Origin: Candidatus Versatilivorator sp.
GTDB lineage: Bacteria; Acidobacteriota; Terriglobia; Versatilivoradales; Versatilivoraceae
Length of the DNA: 64,000 nucleotides
Reading direction: 5' to 3'
Assembly (NCBI GenBank): GCA_965207735.1
Contig: OZ242296.1
Coordinates: forward strand, 2,880,001 to 2,944,000
Numbering within the stretch: the first letter of the stretch is position 1; the number at the start of each line of letters is the position of its first letter. Below the pieces are notes generated by a model that saw only the letters and a program-made list of their open reading frames with translations, did not search any database and was not told the DNA's origin. This document shows positions 1-8,831 of the stretch, piece after piece. The position numbers were made by a program, and so were the translations under genes.

Positions 1-414
1 CTTGGCCTGAGTCTCCGGGATCGGAAGCTTCCCCGGCACTCCATAGATGGCGCAACTGCTGGAAAAGACAATGGACCCTATGCCCCGATCCAGCATTCCC
101 TTCAGAAGGTTCAGGCTTCCCACCAGATTGTTGTGGTAATACCTGGCCGGATCCACCACCGACTCGCCGACGTCACACAGGTCTGCAAGGTGCATCACCC
201 CGACCGGCCGATGCTGCTCAATCACTGCTTTCAATCCAGCCTCATCCGTCAAATCAACCCTTTCGAACGGTCCCCACTTTACCGCCGATTGATGTCCACG
301 GGAGAGACAGTCCACTGCGACCGGATTAAATCCCTCGGTTGCCAGCGACTTGCAGACATGGCTGCCGACATAACCGGCTCCACCGGTGACCAGTATGGTT
401 TGCCCCAGGACCAC
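1..414 (-). CDS. galE: UDP-glucose 4-epimerase, N-terminal part (runs off the window start)
   Basis: Not in the ORF track. Manual minus-strand translation from GTG 414 gives VVLGQTILVTGGAGYVGSHVCKSLATEGFNPVAVDCLSRGHQSAVKWGPF, with the Rossmann TGGAGYxG motif and GalE-like GH..AVKWGP. GGGAAGG SD upstream. Confidence 0.88.
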   Translation of the reverse strand, partial: MVLGQTILVTGGAGYVGSHVCKSLATEGFNPVAVDCLSRGHQSAVKWGPFERVDLTDEAGLKAVIEQHRPVGVMHLADLCDVGESVVDPARYYHNNLVGSLNLLKGMLDRGIGSIVFSSSCAIYGVPGKLPIPETQAK

Positions 415-1020
415 GCTTGCCTTCCCACAGGGGCCAGATCAATGGCCCGCTTCCGGAGCCACTGCTCCTGATGGCCCCAGTTCGACTCATTCAATCAGAA
501 AACGCCGGTCGCCGCAATTGAGGGGTAAGCGAGACTGCACCTCAGACCGGCAAGGAATGAAAGGGGAAAATGATCTCGGCGAACGGGCAGGAAGAAGCAC
601 GAAGGAACACGAATAGACTTATTACGGAGTCCAGTGGCCCGCCACCGCGTTGCCTTGCCCCAGAGGACGGTCTACAATGCGCCGATTGTTAGAGGCGGAT
701 TTCTCACCGAAAAGCTGCGTCAATGTTGAAACGATATTTATCCCTATTTCTGACCAAGAATCTATTGGACCACCCAAGAGGTTTATTGACAGAATGGCGA
801 GCGATCCACACTGAGTCCGTGAGTCCAGACCATCGAGTAAGGTGGCAATTTGCCCCTGCTGCGGATTGGAGACCGCTGGTTGTGCGGCCGGTCTGTGGTG
901 TGTTGGCGCGGACCGTGACAGGCTGCAGAGTCCCGCTCGGCTCCGCTGTCCAGCACTTGGCTTCTTAGCCGGCTCGACCGCCTTCTCTCAGGGATCAATG
1001 TGGAGGGAGCGCCCCCCCGA

Positions 1021-1362
1021 GGGGCGGGGTAAGTGGTGGGCCGAAGGGTGGACCACTTACCCCTCCCCGGTGGCGCACCAGCGCCGAAAAAGGGTCGCTC
1101 CCTCCACTTCCGCCTCCTCCTGTGCGGCGCCACGACGCGCCGTGCGAGGCGGGGACCCGCGGCGCCGGCGCCGTACTACGCTTTACCGCAGAGGACTCGG
1201 GGAATCCGTTCCAACCCGCTTCCAATGCGGGTTTCCGGGCACAACCTGGACCACAACGGGGAGGACTGCGCCCTCTGAGAGAGGAGCGTTGGGGTGGTCA
1301 AAAGCGTGCGCCACTTAGTGAGCCACCTCGGTGAGCCACCCCCCCTTTTTAAGGTGGCCACC
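1021..1362. repeat. GC-rich hairpin plus clustered GTG-N1/2-CCAC boxes; candidate origin/protein-binding region of the mini element
   Basis: Stem GGGGCGGGGTAAGTGGT...ACCACTTACCCCTCCCC at 1021-1068. Boxes GTGGACCAC 1048, GTGCGCCAC 1306, GTGAGCCACC 1318 and 1331, GTGGCCACC 1354. Confidence 0.55.
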
Positions 1363-2331
1363 CATACGACGGCACCGCCTTGACCCCCAGAGGTGGAATT
1401 CGTCGATCATTCCCTGGCCCTGGGGCTCCGGCATTGCCTGCTGCAATTGGTTGATTTTCTTGAGGGCGGCATTGAGGCCGCCATAGCGTTCGACTGTTTC
1501 CCGGTCGGCGCTGGAGACAGCCCACCGTAGAGTGAGAAGCTCTCTGCCGGCCTCAGTCAGGTCCCTGCCTACCCAGGATCGCATCACCCGCTCGGCGCGG
1601 TCCAGCAGTTCCTGCTCCCAGGCAACGGCAACCACTTCGATCCGCCACCCTAACTCGCGCAGCATCTGCCAGAGCGGCCGGTGGGCCTCTCTCCAGGAGT
1701 CCAGCTCAGTACGGGTTTCCATGCCGGGGTCGATGTAGACGAACAGGGCCGCCTCCGGCCCCATGGCAACCGGCATCCTGAGGGGAAAATACTGGACCCG
1801 CCCCTTGGCATGGCCGGCGTAGATCCTGCGGGGCAGCATCCATGGCTCGATCCCGAGCTGTTGGAAGCAAGCGAGCTTCTCCCGCTCGGTCGGCAGCCAG
1901 GCCAACTCCGGATGATCGAGCACGAAATCGAGCAATAGCAGTCGCCGGCGGGTGACTTCAAGCGAGGTCTCCCGGCGGTGACGGATGGGGGGGATCTCCA
2001 GTTCCCCGTAGATCTGCTTGCCGAAGATCCGGCAAATCCGGCGGCCGTCGGTGATGGTCTCCGACGCGATTGGCTTGTGGGAAATGCGTGTCCGGAGCAA
2101 TGCCCGGATAAAGCGGTTGGCGCTGGACTTGGCGTATCCGAAGAAAGCCTCGACCTGGTCCCGGGTGAACAGGCCCGAGTGCAGGCAGACCAGGGTGATC
2201 CATTCGGCCTGTTGGGGGGTGAAGCCAAGAGGCCTCAGCAGTTTTTCCCGTCCCTTCAGGTGAGGAAACTTCGTCGTTTCCTTGGGTCGGCCGACCTGGA
2301 GAAAGGTCATCAGAATTCCATGGGGTTCCAC
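1315..2331 (-). CDS. Hypothetical mobile-element protein, N-terminal winged-helix-like region; possibly replication/relaxation-type
   Basis: 338-aa ORF co-oriented directly downstream of the integrase (LGFTPQQAEWITLVCLHSGLFTRDQV...HRR...RLLLLDFVL). Family assignment is tentative. Confidence 0.6.
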   Translation of the reverse strand: MEPHGILMTFLQVGRPKETTKFPHLKGREKLLRPLGFTPQQAEWITLVCLHSGLFTRDQVEAFFGYAKSSANRFIRALLRTRISHKPIASETITDGRRICRIFGKQIYGELEIPPIRHRRETSLEVTRRRLLLLDFVLDHPELAWLPTEREKLACFQQLGIEPWMLPRRIYAGHAKGRVQYFPLRMPVAMGPEAALFVYIDPGMETRTELDSWREAHRPLWQMLRELGWRIEVVAVAWEQELLDRAERVMRSWVGRDLTEAGRELLTLRWAVSSADRETVERYGGLNAALKKINQLQQAMPEPQGQGMIDEFHLWGSRRCRRMGGHLKKGGWLTEVAH

Positions 2332-2430
2332 AGGGAAACAAAACGGTGGTTCGGCGGGGAGCTGCGGTTCACTGCCAACGAGCAGGGAGATGGCAATGGA
2401 TTGTTTCAGGACCGATCCCCCTGGGCCTCT

Positions 2431-3663
2431 TTACTCTCGGGGCTTCCGGTCCTCCCCCATCCCCTGGTCCAGATAACGCGCCCAGTCGTCCATCAGGACA
2501 CGCCGGCGCTCGAACAGGTCGGAGCGGGCATAGGCCGCCTCCACCCGGTTCCGGACCACATGCGCCAGGGCCGCCTCGATCACCTCTCGTGAATGATCGG
2601 TCTCCTCACCTGCCCAGTCCCGGAAGCTGGAGCGGAACCCGTGCGGCACCGCCGCAATCCCAAGATCCCGCACCATCCACCTCAGCTGCTTGTCGTCGAG
2701 CGGCTCCCCTTGCCCACGGGTGAACACCAGAGGTCCGGATCCTTTGCCCAGTGCCTCCACTGCCTTGAGAATCTCCAGGGCACGTCCACACAGCGGCACC
2801 CGGTGCTGGCGGTTGGCCTTCATCCGACTGGCCGGGACGGTCCATACACCAGCGTCCCGATCGATCTCCGCCCATTCGGCCCAGCGCACCTCACTCCACC
2901 TGGCTGCCGTCAGTACCAGGAACTCGAAGGCCAGCTTGGCTACCTCCGACGCTGTCGCTGCCCGCACCGTCCGGATGGCCGCAGCCACCTCCCTATGCGG
3001 CAAGGCCCGCATGTGCTCGGTAACGTCCTGTTGGGGACCCAGGACCGGGCCGATCCTGTCGCAGGGGTTGTCGATTCTGTACTCCATGGCTACGGCCCAT
3101 TCCAGGACCGCCCGCAGGCGCTGGCGCACCCGCCGGGCGCTGGAGGCCTTCCGGTGCCAGATAGGGGTGAGGATCTCAAGCAGATCGGCGCTGGTGACCT
3201 CTGAGACCGGCATCTTGCCGATGCGGGGGAAGGCGTACCGCCTCAGGCTGGACATCCACTCGCGGTGGTGACGCCGGCCTCGCCAGCCGTCCCGCTTCTG
3301 TTCCAGCACACGTGAGGCTGCTTCGACAAAGGTGGGAATACCCTCGGTGCGTCGCTTCTCGGCAAGAGGATCTCCGCCCTCACGGGCCAGCTTGCGGTTA
3401 GCCAGGGCCTTCTCCCTGGCCTCGGCCAGGGAGACCAGGGCGAGGCTGCCGAGACCGAGCTCCCGGCGACGGCCACGGACGACAAGGCGTTGAATCCAAC
3501 TGCGGGTTCCGCTGGGCTGGACGAAGAGGTACAATCCGTTTCCATCGGCGTATCTTCCGGGCGGAGCGGAGCGCAGGAAGGCGGCCGAGAGGGCGTTGCT
3601 GGGGTGGCGGCCGGCGGGTTTGGTCTTGGGTCGGACAGGAGCGAAGTCCGTTACAGTATCCAT
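2431..3663 (-). CDS. P4-like tyrosine integrase with arm-DNA-binding N-terminus
   Basis: DGNGLYLFVQPSGTRSWI arm domain, LTAARWSE (catalytic R), HGFRSSFRDW (HxxR), ALAH, AAYARSD (catalytic Y). Start placed at ATG 3663. Confidence 0.93.
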   Translation of the reverse strand: MDTVTDFAPVRPKTKPAGRHPSNALSAAFLRSAPPGRYADGNGLYLFVQPSGTRSWIQRLVVRGRRRELGLGSLALVSLAEAREKALANRKLAREGGDPLAEKRRTEGIPTFVEAASRVLEQKRDGWRGRRHHREWMSSLRRYAFPRIGKMPVSEVTSADLLEILTPIWHRKASSARRVRQRLRAVLEWAVAMEYRIDNPCDRIGPVLGPQQDVTEHMRALPHREVAAAIRTVRAATASEVAKLAFEFLVLTAARWSEVRWAEWAEIDRDAGVWTVPASRMKANRQHRVPLCGRALEILKAVEALGKGSGPLVFTRGQGEPLDDKQLRWMVRDLGIAAVPHGFRSSFRDWAGEETDHSREVIEAALAHVVRNRVEAAYARSDLFERRRVLMDDWARYLDQGMGEDRKPRE

Positions 3664-3895
3664 CCCCCCATTATATGGGGGATGGCAGTGGATTGCAAGG
3701 GATGTTGGTAGCAAGTCAAGCCACGGCAGGACTTATATAAAACACTCATAAATAAGACAGTTATAGACTCTACTGGACGGAGCTAGACATCACTGGATTT
3801 TATAGGGACGTTGCGGCGGCGGCAGCAATCATCCGCGGTATTCGATCTCAAACCTGCCGGACCGCTCCCACCCCAGTCCGCACCCTGAAGACTCC

Positions 3896-3929
3896 AAAAA
3901 ACAAAACCCCCGGCGTAAGCGCGGGGGTC
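3896..3929 (-). terminator. Probable intrinsic terminator of the LRR gene
   Basis: ACCCCCG...CGGGGGT stem followed on the minus strand by a T-rich tract. Confidence 0.55.
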
Positions 3930-3971
3930 CGAGTTGAACCGCAAATGTTTTAGCAGCCTTCAGAAGCCAAA

Positions 3972-4619
3972 CTAGGACTTCTCTTCCTTCTTCTCTTCCG
4001 GTTCCTCTACTTCCGGCACTTCCGATTCCTTCCAGCCGACGTCGATCTTGCAGTCGGGCAGAGCCTTCTGCAGTTTCTCTACTCCGGCCTCGGTCACCTT
4101 GGTCTGCCACAAGTAGAGATTCTTGAGCCCCTTCAACCCCTCCAGGTGTGCCAAGCCGGCGTCGGTGATGCCGGTCTGATAGAGGTTGATGTAAGCCAGG
4201 TTCTGCAGATCTTTCAGATTCGCCAAGCCGGCGTCCGAGACCTTGGTCCTCTCCAGGTGGAGGCGCGTCAGCGAAGTCAACCCCGCCAGGTGGGGCAATC
4301 CCTCGTCGGTCACGTCGGTCCCCCCCAAGTGAAGCCACACCAGGTTCTCTACCTCCTTCAGGACACCCAGCTCCCCGTCCAGGGCCGGAGGCTGGGGCGC
4401 TCCGGGCTTGGGAGTCTCGAACTGGCGCAACCCGTCATGGTTGCGGCCCAAGTGGAAATAGACCTCGAGGCCGTCGTCGTTCTGGGCGATCTTCATGACC
4501 TTGCCGCCGAGCTGCTCGATTTTCTGAACAATCGCCGAATCGGGTCCCCCTTCCTGCTGGGCCGCAGCCGACCCGATCATCGCGAAGGAGATCCAAACCG
4601 CCATGGTGATGCTCCGCAT
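3972..4619 (-). CDS. Secreted leucine-rich-repeat protein (Planctomycete-type LRR)
   Basis: Signal peptide MRSITMAVWISFAMIGSAAAQ; ~24-aa repeats of the type TDxGLxHLxGLxxLxxLxL; GGAAAGGAAGG SD before ATG 4619. Confidence 0.85.
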   Translation of the reverse strand: MRSITMAVWISFAMIGSAAAQQEGGPDSAIVQKIEQLGGKVMKIAQNDDGLEVYFHLGRNHDGLRQFETPKPGAPQPPALDGELGVLKEVENLVWLHLGGTDVTDEGLPHLAGLTSLTRLHLERTKVSDAGLANLKDLQNLAYINLYQTGITDAGLAHLEGLKGLKNLYLWQTKVTEAGVEKLQKALPDCKIDVGWKESEVPEVEEPEEKKEEKS

Positions 4620-4924
4620 GGAAACCTTCCTTTCCTGAACCCGGGATGGGCCTGTGATCTGCTCGACCCCGCCGGCAACTCCATCGTGAACTCGCCCCGA
4701 CGTGCCCGCGGCGCCGGTCCTGGTTCTCGACCCCTGGAAGCACCGAAACCACCCGGTTCGCCCGAGGCCGCGCTCCATTATACTCCTATACTCAGTGACG
4801 GCAATCCCCGGACCGGTTTGCAAGCAGCCGAGGACCGCGGGCGTCGATTACGGGCGTTGGGTTGCGCGGCGTTCCCACCACTCTCCGCCTTATGGGGCAA
4901 AAGCGACGTCACGGAATGACGCCC

Positions 4925-5222
4925 CCCGGGAGCGCGGGCGTCCCGCCCGCACAAGGCCCGGCACAGCTTTGCCTTTCGCCTCCACTTCGATCAACCCGCA
5001 ATGGCGCCATTGCTCCCCTTCCGCCCGACTGACGCAATGCCCGACGACAGGTTCGCTTCCTGCAGCTTCGATCGCCCGGTTCGCGACGAGAGACATCTCC
5101 GACCAGTCAGGCGCATCCCGGCGGAGAACCCCGTTCAAGGACACCCGGTGTGGTCGGCCAGGGGCCGGCGGGGGAGGGCGTCGGCAGGGGCAGGATGCGG
5201 GCGGGACGCCCGAGCTCCCGGG
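4925..5222. repeat. REP-like family A, inverted pair (CCCGGGAGCGCGGGCGTCCCGCCCGCA) around a ~245-bp spacer
   Basis: Forward copy 4925-4951, reverse copy 5196-5222 (1 mismatch). The same 27-mer occurs at 36764, 37352, 37530 (reverse) and 40211. Confidence 0.85.
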
Positions 5223-5342
5223 GGGATGCCGCCCGGCTGGGCGGCGGGAGTCTGACCTGCAACCCGCCACGCTTCGACGCCTTGTCGGAGCCGGCCTCTT
5301 GAAGTAAAATCCCGATCTCGAATTCAGTAAGGGGAAAACCCA

Positions 5343-5711
5343 ATGGTCGATGCCGCCCAGTTGACTCGCTGGCTGGACAAGCTCAGGAAGGGCACGCTCA
5401 CCGAACAGGATCTGCAGGAGGCCCTGGAGGAGCTCAAACAGCGGGGCAACGGCGCGCCGGCGCCCCAGAAGCTGCTCTACCTCCAGACCCACAGCACCGC
5501 CGTGGACTCTCCGGTCAACGGCATGTCCATCGTGGAGGGAGGTGAAGTGCGGCTGCCGCCCGACGACTACGAGGACTGGCCCTACCACACGGTGCTGGAC
5601 GCCCTGCAGGACGGGTGGCGGGTGGTCAAGTTCCCCGAGCTGTCCCTGCTGTTCGACCATCTCGACGAAGTCGACCGCTGGCTGGGGTGCGAGTTCATCC
5701 TGGAGAAATAG
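5343..5711 (+). CDS. Hypothetical protein, coupled to the PhyH gene
   Basis: 122-aa ORF with host-like codon bias, AGGGGA SD; ends 12 bp before the next gene. Confidence 0.75.
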   Translation: MVDAAQLTRWLDKLRKGTLTEQDLQEALEELKQRGNGAPAPQKLLYLQTHSTAVDSPVNGMSIVEGGEVRLPPDDYEDWPYHTVLDALQDGWRVVKFPELSLLFDHLDEVDRWLGCEFILEK

Positions 5712-5722
5712 GGAGGCCGCCT

Positions 5723-6544
5723 GTGGCGCTGGGAAAATACGACTGCAAGCCGACCCTCACCGACCGGCAGATGATGGATTTCTGCCGCAACGGATACCTG
5801 ATGCTGGAGGGGGTGGTCTCGGACGAGGTCAACCGCCGGACCGTCGAGTTCATGAAGGACCACGACGTGGAGGAGCCGGTCGAGATCCTGGAGGAAGAGT
5901 GGTTCGTGGATGCGGTCATCAAGAACCCGGAGGGCGCCGGCGCCGTTCGCTCCCTGCTGGGTCGGGATTTCCTTCTGCCCCTGGTCATGAGCAGCCACCG
6001 CATTCAATGCCCCGGCCCGGCCCAGCCCTGGCACCCGGACGCCGGCTCCATCTCGGCCCCGCGGCTGGACTACCTGCAGGTGTTCTACTACCCCAGCGGC
6101 GCCACCCGGGAGATGGGGCCCACCGAGCTGATTCCCGGGAGCCATCTCAGCCAGGCCCGCAACGCCTTCCTGGGGCGCCTGCGCAGCCTGAAGCCGGCGG
6201 TGTCCACGGCCTCGCCCCCCGGGTCCATCGTCATCACCGCCTACTCGATCGTGCACCGCCGCAGCCCGAGCACCGCCACCGGCGTTCGCGACAACCTGAA
6301 GTACAACTACTGGCGCACCACTCCACCCCAACGCGACTGGGTGGTGGACCCCAACTTCAACTTCTCGTGGCACAAGAACGTGCTGCCGCCCTTCAGCGTT
6401 TCCGCCGCCCGCATGTTCGCCTGGCTCTGCGGGGAGGACTGGGAGCACACGGGCGGCCAGGCCTGGCCCTGCTTCACGGCCGGCGTCTACGACTTCGACC
6501 AAGTCGGTCTGCCCAAGGGACTGCGCCGGAACCAAGAAGGATAG
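5723..6544 (+). CDS. Phytanoyl-CoA dioxygenase (PhyH) family Fe(II)/2OG oxygenase
   Basis: LTDRQMMDFCRNGYL N-terminus, WHPD (HxD), GPTELIPGSH, distal HR. GTG start after GGGAGG. Confidence 0.88.
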   Translation: MALGKYDCKPTLTDRQMMDFCRNGYLMLEGVVSDEVNRRTVEFMKDHDVEEPVEILEEEWFVDAVIKNPEGAGAVRSLLGRDFLLPLVMSSHRIQCPGPAQPWHPDAGSISAPRLDYLQVFYYPSGATREMGPTELIPGSHLSQARNAFLGRLRSLKPAVSTASPPGSIVITAYSIVHRRSPSTATGVRDNLKYNYWRTTPPQRDWVVDPNFNFSWHKNVLPPFSVSAARMFAWLCGEDWEHTGGQAWPCFTAGVYDFDQVGLPKGLRRNQEG

Positions 6545-6688
6545 TTAACAGCACATTCGTCGTCCTGCTCCCGGTCGGCGGGACTTCTCTACCCCAACCT
6601 GCCGGAGGAGAACCGGCCACAGCGTCCGCTCCGGCAGGCCGCCAACCAGGGCCGTCCCTGCGGAGCCTCCCCGACCGACACCAGCACC

Positions 6689-7927
6689 ATGCCATCGGCC
6701 GACCACCATCCCGAAGACGAAGTCTCGCGCCGGCGCCGGCGGCTGGCTATCGCCGTCCTGATCATCTTCAACCTCACTTCCTATAACGGGGTCATGGGCG
6801 TTTTCAGTCCCCGACTCCGCGAATATTTCTCCCTCACCTATGAGCAGTGGGGAACCATGTCGGGCCTGGGCAGTCTGGGTCAAACGGTGTCCCTGTTGCT
6901 GGTGGGCTTCGTGATCGCCCGATTCGGGGTGCGGCGGATCACCGAACTGTCCCTGGGCGGCGTCGGCGCCTGCTTTCTGTTGATCGGCCAAGGCGCCAGC
7001 CTGCTCGCCCTGAAAGTCAGCCTGGCCTTTCAGGGATTTTTCGGGGGTTTTTCCAGGTCATCCCTCCCCGCCTACCTGGTGGCTCTCTATCCGTCACACA
7101 AACGGCGGATGATTTCGCTCCAGTTGACCTGCGGTTCCGTCATGGGCATCGTCATTCCGCTGTGGGCCAACCAGCTCTTGATCTGGTCTCGAGCGGGGGG
7201 GGACGAGGCATTGGCCAGGCTATTTTTCTCGCCATTCCTGGTCGCCGGGGGCGTGGTCCTGTGCGCCTGGGCCCTGCTGAGTTTCAGCAGGCAGCCGGAC
7301 TTCCAAAACGTTCAAACCCCCGGCGCACGCCTGCACCTTCGTCCGCTGCTGGGAATCCGTCCGTTGGCCGTCGTGCTGCTGGTGACCCTGCATGCCTCGG
7401 CCGACGGAGCCATGTACGAGTTCCTTCCCATGTTCATGGACCACCATTTCAAGGAGCTTCCGGTCGCTCCGGCCGTGGCTCTGGTGGGTCATAACGTGGC
7501 CTACCTCATCACCCGCTCCCTGCTCTCCCTGCTTCCGGAAGGCACGGGCCAGCGGGCCATACTGATTCTGTCCGGCCCCATCGGCGGGTCCCTCCTGCTG
7601 GTGATGCTGTGGCAGGGCAATGCCCTCAGCGTCCCCCTGATCTACACCCTGGCCAGCCTCTTCTATGCCGCCGAATTCCCGGTGCTTCTCAGCGAGATCT
7701 CCTCCCGCTCCATGGCCCACTTCGCCGCGGTCATGTCCGCGGGCTACCTGGTCAGCAACCCCGTCTCCTTTCTGCTGATGAAGGGAACGGGCCGCCTGGT
7801 GGACACCACCGGCGACTTCCGGGTAGCCCTGAGCGTAGCCGCCTGCGGCTTCATCCTCTTCGGTTTGGTGGCGGCGGTGGCGGGCTTGGGCAAACGTTCT
7901 ACTGCCGGCAAGGAGGCAGCAGCCTGA
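6689..7927 (+). CDS. MFS transporter
   Basis: 412 aa, about 12 hydrophobic segments, GFVIARFGVRR motif-A-like loop. Confidence 0.85.
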   Translation: MPSADHHPEDEVSRRRRRLAIAVLIIFNLTSYNGVMGVFSPRLREYFSLTYEQWGTMSGLGSLGQTVSLLLVGFVIARFGVRRITELSLGGVGACFLLIGQGASLLALKVSLAFQGFFGGFSRSSLPAYLVALYPSHKRRMISLQLTCGSVMGIVIPLWANQLLIWSRAGGDEALARLFFSPFLVAGGVVLCAWALLSFSRQPDFQNVQTPGARLHLRPLLGIRPLAVVLLVTLHASADGAMYEFLPMFMDHHFKELPVAPAVALVGHNVAYLITRSLLSLLPEGTGQRAILILSGPIGGSLLLVMLWQGNALSVPLIYTLASLFYAAEFPVLLSEISSRSMAHFAAVMSAGYLVSNPVSFLLMKGTGRLVDTTGDFRVALSVAACGFILFGLVAAVAGLGKRSTAGKEAAA

Positions 7928-8033
7928 TTGGGGATGCCCCCAACGGCGGCGTCGTTACGGACTAAGAAGCGAACTGTGTTCCCTGCTAAAATATGGTCTG
8001 ATTCAGAACAACCATTCTCGTTTTGAAGGAACC

Positions 8034-8318
8034 ATGAACCCTCCACATTTCGAACCCCGACGAAGCTGGACAATCAAAGAGGCCAAGGCGCGTCTATGCG
8101 AAATTTTACGCCTCGCCGAAGAGGAGGGACCACAGCAAATCGGTAGGAGAAAACCCTTCGTCGTCGTGCCTGCCCCGGACTGGTACGCGAGGAGACCACC
8201 GCGCAAACCCATGGGAAAGTGGTTGGTGGACAACATGCCTCGCGGGGTGAACCTGGATGTCTCCGGGAAAAGGGAATCCGGGAGAGAAATTCCGTTCTCC
8301 GCAGCCAAACCAGCATGA
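8034..8318 (+). CDS. Phd/YefM-family antitoxin
   Basis: WTIKEAKARLCEILRLAEEEGPQQI...PFVVVP Phd signature. Confidence 0.82.
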   Translation: MNPPHFEPRRSWTIKEAKARLCEILRLAEEEGPQQIGRRKPFVVVPAPDWYARRPPRKPMGKWLVDNMPRGVNLDVSGKRESGREIPFSAAKPA

Positions 8319-8365
8319 ACGGGATCTACTCCTCGCCAACGTTATCTCAGAGTTGACAAGGCATC
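8315..8365 (+). pseudogene. Remnant of the 5' end of a VapC/PIN toxin
   Basis: ATG overlaps the antitoxin stop (ATGA). MNG followed, after a frameshift, by LLLANVISELTR, resembling the PIN start YLLDTNVISEL. The rest is absent. Confidence 0.6.
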
Positions 8366-8426
8366 CGCCATGGTTAGCCGAACTGAAACGGCCATGCTGA
8401 GCGGCGCATGACCAATCCAGGACAAT

Positions 8427-8831
8427 TCACTCGACATCTTGGCCGGTGAGAACGTATTCGAATCGGTCACACTCCCGAGCCAAGGTCTCGATATAGAGCA
8501 CGAGCTCATCTTGGTCCAGTGTCGCAGCCGGAGCCTCAATTTGACCCACCAGCCTGTCGTCATTATCGAACCCAAAGGTAACCAGTGCCTTCGAGGCATT
8601 TCGACGCCACGCCCTGCGGGCGATCCGGCGCCTCTGGTGTTTGTTGCGGGAAACTTCAGAATTTGACAGCACTACCGCGCGGAAGATGTATCGCTCCTTA
8701 TCGCGTGATAACAACACGCTATGGTGGCGGGCACTCTTGTAAAGCGCGACGCGTAGCGTCTCGCCCTCTCGTTCCCACCGTAGGCCCGGCATTTTCGAGA
8801 GGTCGTCGATTCGTTGTTGCAGCGTCCTCAT
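8427..8831 (-). CDS. Small YbjN/CesT(T3SS-chaperone)-like protein, gene 4 of the candidate defence operon
   Basis: 134 aa; beta-rich core then C-terminal helix DQDELVLYIETLARECDRFEYVLTGQD, as seen in YbjN-like proteins. ATGA overlap with the helicase stop. Confidence 0.7.
   Translation of the reverse strand: MRTLQQRIDDLSKMPGLRWEREGETLRVALYKSARHHSVLLSRDKERYIFRAVVLSNSEVSRNKHQRRRIARRAWRRNASKALVTFGFDNDDRLVGQIEAPAATLDQDELVLYIETLARECDRFEYVLTGQDVE

Noticed and set aside
3790-3860. tRNA or att site next to the P4-like integrase; TAGGGACGTTG as a family G copy
   Set aside because: No cloverleaf and no matching direct repeat near 600-800 found by eye. The motif match is only ~11 bp with one G missing.
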